Assembly (NCBI GenBank): GCA_963833985.1
Contig: CAWIAD010000001.1
Span: 256,001 to 320,000 of the forward strand
DNA length: 64,000 bases
Reading direction: 5' to 3'
Source: an uncultured Planctomycetaceae bacterium
GTDB lineage: Bacteria > Planctomycetota > Planctomycetia > Isosphaerales > Isosphaeraceae
Shown: piece after piece, positions 60,892-64,000 of the stretch
How the letters are laid out: every line of letters begins with the position of its first letter
Numbering within the stretch: position 1 is the stretch's first letter
Notes under the pieces: generated by a model
The model's input: the letters and a program-made list of their open reading frames with translations, nothing else
What the model was told of the DNA's origin: nothing
The model's database searches: none
Program-made: the position numbers and the translations under genes

Positions 60892-60965
60892 GCGCCCGTA
60901 GCTCAGGCGGATAGAGCAACGGTTTTCTAAACCGTCGGTCGCAGGTTCGAGTCCTGCCGGGCGTA
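60892..60965 (+). tRNA. tRNA-Arg(TCT)
   Basis: Acceptor GCGCCCG/CGGGCGT, anticodon arm ACGGT-TTTCTAA-ACCGT, T-loop TTCGAGT; no encoded CCA. Confidence 0.95.
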
Positions 60966-61296
60966 GTCGGGAGCTTTGTCGCAGGGAACCGCTGGAACGC
61001 TCGGGACGACCCAGGATGCCGTCCGGCGAAGTTTTCAGCGCGCTTCATGCGGCTCGGCGATCTAGATTCTGAGTAGCGCAGGTGCGGCAGCTCGCGCCAG
61101 GAGCGCGGGCGAGAAATGGTGGAGTTTGGGCATGGAAAGCGCAGGACCGGGAGAATACGCCTGATGCGTGGGCGCTCGTGAGAGGCGCGTACTTCCGGAG
61201 ACGTGCCGGGTTGTGTTGATTGTCTGTGTAGAATACGGGGTGGGTTGGCTGGCAGGAGAGAGCTCGGCTTGATGGCCACGCGCGGTCGGCAACGTG

Positions 61297-61312
61297 GTTT
61301 TCACGTGAAACC
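61297..61312. promoter_or_regulatory. parS-like site
   Basis: GTTTTCACGTGAAACC, intergenic. Confidence 0.65.
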
Positions 61313-61413
61313 GGGGCTGGTCCCGGGAACAGCCAGGCGAGTCGTTCGGGGCGCGTGTGCCTCGTCGAACCACTACGTGCCCAGGTCCTGGCCGCCTTTG
61401 ATGGATTTGTGAG

Positions 61414-62125
61414 ATGGCAGAAGAGCGGCTGACTGAGATACCAACAAGCTGGACCACGATCAGCAGCGCCCATTCTCCGGGGCCCGCCAGTCAGAAGGCG
61501 ATGGAAGAACTGGTCGGGCGATACCACGACGCGGTGACCCGCTATATCCACCTGAAAGTCAGGGACAAGCACCTTGCCGATGAGGTCTTGCAGGAGTTCT
61601 GGACGAAGCTGCTGGCCGGCAAGCTCGCCGGGGCCGATAAGGACAAGGGCCGGTTCCGAGACTACCTGCGCACCGTGTTGCATCGGCTGATCATCGACCA
61701 CTTTCGCAGCCGCAAACTGCAACCGCTCCCGCCTGGCGACCTGCTCGACGCCTCCGAGCCCGACAAGGATTTTGATCGCGTGTGGCGCGACGCGGTGCTC
61801 AACCGGGTCTGGTCGCGTCTGGAAACCTACCAGGCCACGACTCCCAAGAACCGGTATGCGAGCGTGCTCCAGCTAAGGCGTGATTTCCCGGACGCACCCA
61901 TCGAGGAGATCACCGACCGCCTGCGCCAGACCACCGGTGCCGCGATGACCCCCGAGGCATTTCGCAAGAACCTTCAGCGCGCCCGCGCGAAATTTATCGA
62001 TCTGCTTGTCCTCGAGCTGAGAGAAACCATCCACCCGACCAGCAACGAGCCTCGTTGAGGCTGAAATCTACGATCTCGGATTAGGCTATCTTTATCGCCG
62101 CTACGCGACCCTTTCGGATCGCTGA
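61414..62125 (+). CDS. ECF-type RNA polymerase sigma factor (frameshift near 62050)
   Basis: PTSWT, ADEVLQEF, KGRFRDYL, AFRKNLQRARAKF; the +1 frame continues LVEAEIYDLGLGYL to TGA 62125. Confidence 0.8.
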
Positions 62126-62395
62126 AACCCGAATCCTCGAAAGTAGTTAGCGTTCTTCACATGACAGGTCGGGCGTAGCCTGCTCAGTGCAATGCCGGGC
62201 CGGGCTGCCGCGCCGACCGGCTGAAAAATCACACTGACTCTTGACCGCCCTCTTTCATCTTGTACATTTTAACGGAGGCGGTGTACGTTACACTGCCTTG
62301 TGAGTGCATGCAACGAATGAGGGGCTGAGTCTGCGCACAGATTCAGTGACCGGAGGGATCGCGCACCGCGCGATGAGCATCAGAGAGGAGCGGCG

Positions 62396-62614
62396 ATGCT
62401 GGTTCTCTCCCGCAAGAAGAACGAGAGCATCATAATCAACGACAACATCACGGTGACCGTGATCGAGATCCGGGGTGACAAGGTTCGTCTAGGCATCGAG
62501 GCCCCCAAGGATGTCACAGTCCATCGCCGCGAGGTCTACGAAGCCATTCAGAACCAGGCTCGCACGCTCGATCCGGGATCCAAGGTTCCTGCACCGACCT
62601 GTAAGGTTGGCTGA
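62396..62614 (+). CDS. csrA: Carbon storage regulator CsrA
   Basis: [14 protein letters not shown]...[27 protein letters not shown]. Confidence 0.95.
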   Translation: MLVLSRKKNESIIINDNITVTVIEIRGDKVRLGIEAPKDVTVHRREVYEAIQNQARTLDPGSKVPAPTCKVG

Positions 62615-62675
62615 TGCACGGGCCTTTCCGCACGGTACAGATGATGCTGCTCCGCGAACAAAAGCCCACCGCCGC

Positions 62676-63268
62676 TCATGGCGCGGGGTTGACGGTCGTT
62701 CTTTTGCTGGCCTCTGGATAGGTGGCCTTGAGCAGACGAACGAATTCGCGCATCCAGGGACCATTGTCGGGCCAGCCCCGCACGGTCACGATCGGCCCGT
62801 CCACGACCACGTCTCGATTGACGTACTCGGCGCCCGCGGCGCGGACGTCGAGCTGCAACTCGGGATAACAGGTGAGGGTGCGCCCTGGATCGGGCCGGCC
62901 GCCAGCAGCAGCAGCGGTCCATGGCAATTCGCGGCGATCGGCTTGCCGGCCTCCAGAAAATGCCGGACCGCGGCGACGGCCGCCGGACGGTTCCTGAGGT
63001 ATTCCGGGGCTCGTCCACCAGGTAGCACGATTCCCTGAAACTGCTCCGGCTGGATATCCTCGAGACCCAGGTCGGCCTCCACGCGGTAGCCAGCGCGCTC
63101 CGTGTAGGTCTCGAAGCCGGGCTCGAAGTCGTGTACCACCGAGAGGAACGCTCCCTTCCTGGGTGCCGCGATCTGCACGCTCCAGCCTTCCTCCTCCAGG
63201 CGGTACTTGGCGTAGTAAATCTCCTGAGCCTCACCGGCATCGCCGGTGAGCAAGAGGAGCTTGAGCAT
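62676..63268 (-). CDS. DJ-1/PfpI family protein (frameshift near 62884)
   Basis: EAQE, VHDFEPG, LPGGRAPEYLR, NCHG, then GRTLTCYPE...VVVDG...RGWPD in the next frame. Confidence 0.85.
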
Positions 63269-63402
63269 GAGCAGTTCTCCGGGCACGAGCGGGTACACCC
63301 CGACAATTTCGCGATACCTTAACGCCTCCTTGCCGGCGTTTCAACAGGTTGGCGCCGCTCCACCAGGAATCTCCGGCCGCGGCAGCGCGCCCACCGGCCG
63401 TC

Positions 63403-63432
63403 TTGACCGGGCCAGTTGCATGCGATTACAGT
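63403..63432 (+). promoter_or_regulatory. Possible promoter of tRNA-Glu
   Basis: TTGACC-18 nt-TACAGT. Confidence 0.5.
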
Positions 63433-63446
63433 GATTCCTGCTGGAT

Positions 63447-63521
63447 GGCCCCGTCGTCTAGCCTGGTTCAGGACACATGCCTTTCACGCATGCAACACGG
63501 GTTCGAATCCCGTCGGGGTCA
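63447..63521 (+). tRNA. tRNA-Glu(TTC)
   Basis: Acceptor GGCCCCG/CGGGGTC, anticodon arm CATGC-CTTTCAC-GCATG, GGTTCGAATCC. Confidence 0.95.
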
Positions 63522-63547
63522 CTCGCTTCACGCCGTCGCGCCGGAAA

Positions 63548-64000
63548 TCACTCCCTGGCAGCCGCGGCGCCCAGGGCGTGGAGATGAGCCGCCACACAGG
63601 CAGCGAGAATCGGTACGTTGTACCCGCCTTCGAGCACGCTGAGGATGCGTCCCGCGGCATGGTGCTCTGCAACCTGGACGATCGCTCGCGTGATCGCCTC
63701 GAAGTCCTCCACTTGCAGGCCCAGGTCGCCCACGGGGTCCTCGGCATGAGCGTCGAACCCGGCGCTTACCAGGACGAGCTCGGGCTTGACCTTGTCTGCA
63801 AGGCTCTGCAAACCAACTCGAAATGAGTCGTGGTAGGCCTTCTGCGGCGTCCCGTGGGGCAGGGGGATGTTCAGCGTGTAGCCCAGTCCGGCTCCTGCGC
63901 CGGTCTCATCCCTGGCACCGCTGCCCGGGTAGAACGGATAGCGGTGAATCGACAGGAACGCCACGCGTTCGCTCTCATAGTAGATCTCCTGCGTGCCGTT
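63548..64000 (-). CDS. Histone deacetylase-family protein, 3' part
   Basis: NGTQEIYY, SIHRYPFYPGSG, SAGFDAHAEDP, LEGGY. Confidence 0.9.
   Translation of the reverse strand, partial: NGTQEIYYESERVAFLSIHRYPFYPGSGARDETGAGAGLGYTLNIPLPHGTPQKAYHDSFRVGLQSLADKVKPELVLVSAGFDAHAEDPVGDLGLQVEDFEAITRAIVQVAEHHAAGRILSVLEGGYNVPILAACVAAHLHALGAAAARE

Noticed and set aside
60760..63521. tRNA genes as integration sites for the island
   Set aside because: No integrase nearby and no duplicated tRNA 3' end noticed elsewhere in the window

Overview
High-GC chromosomal window, most likely from a planctomycete (Isosphaeraceae-like). That assignment is inferred from the 'LECRQLL' extracellular motif, the ASPIC/UnbV protein, the Ser/Thr kinases, the ECF sigma factor, csrA and the REP-like palindromes. 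Core content: a paired SPFH operon, a GH5 hydrolase, a TetR-led redox cluster, manA, a MoxR-DUF58-transglutaminase-YchF-like operon, proS-WecA-O-antigen-ligase-like genes, two kinases, three tRNAs (Arg-CCT, Arg-TCT, Glu-TTC) and csrA. The region at about 27.5-39.3 kb is an accessory island. It holds a HEPN-like gene, a VapBC-like pair, IS4, IS5, a broken resolvase and an unusual four-gene element (Zn-ribbon/HTH protein, DDE transposase, ExeA-like AAA+ ATPase, RecA/RepA-like helicase). That element is bracketed by hairpins rather than visible TIRs and is itself interrupted by an ISAzo13-type IS; it is my best candidate for an under-described system. Five parS-like 16-mers cluster at 46-61 kb, which suggests an origin-proximal centromere region. 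At least eight 1-2 nt frameshifts, mostly in homopolymer or CG runs, look like long-read errors. All family assignments come from motifs read by eye; no searches were run.
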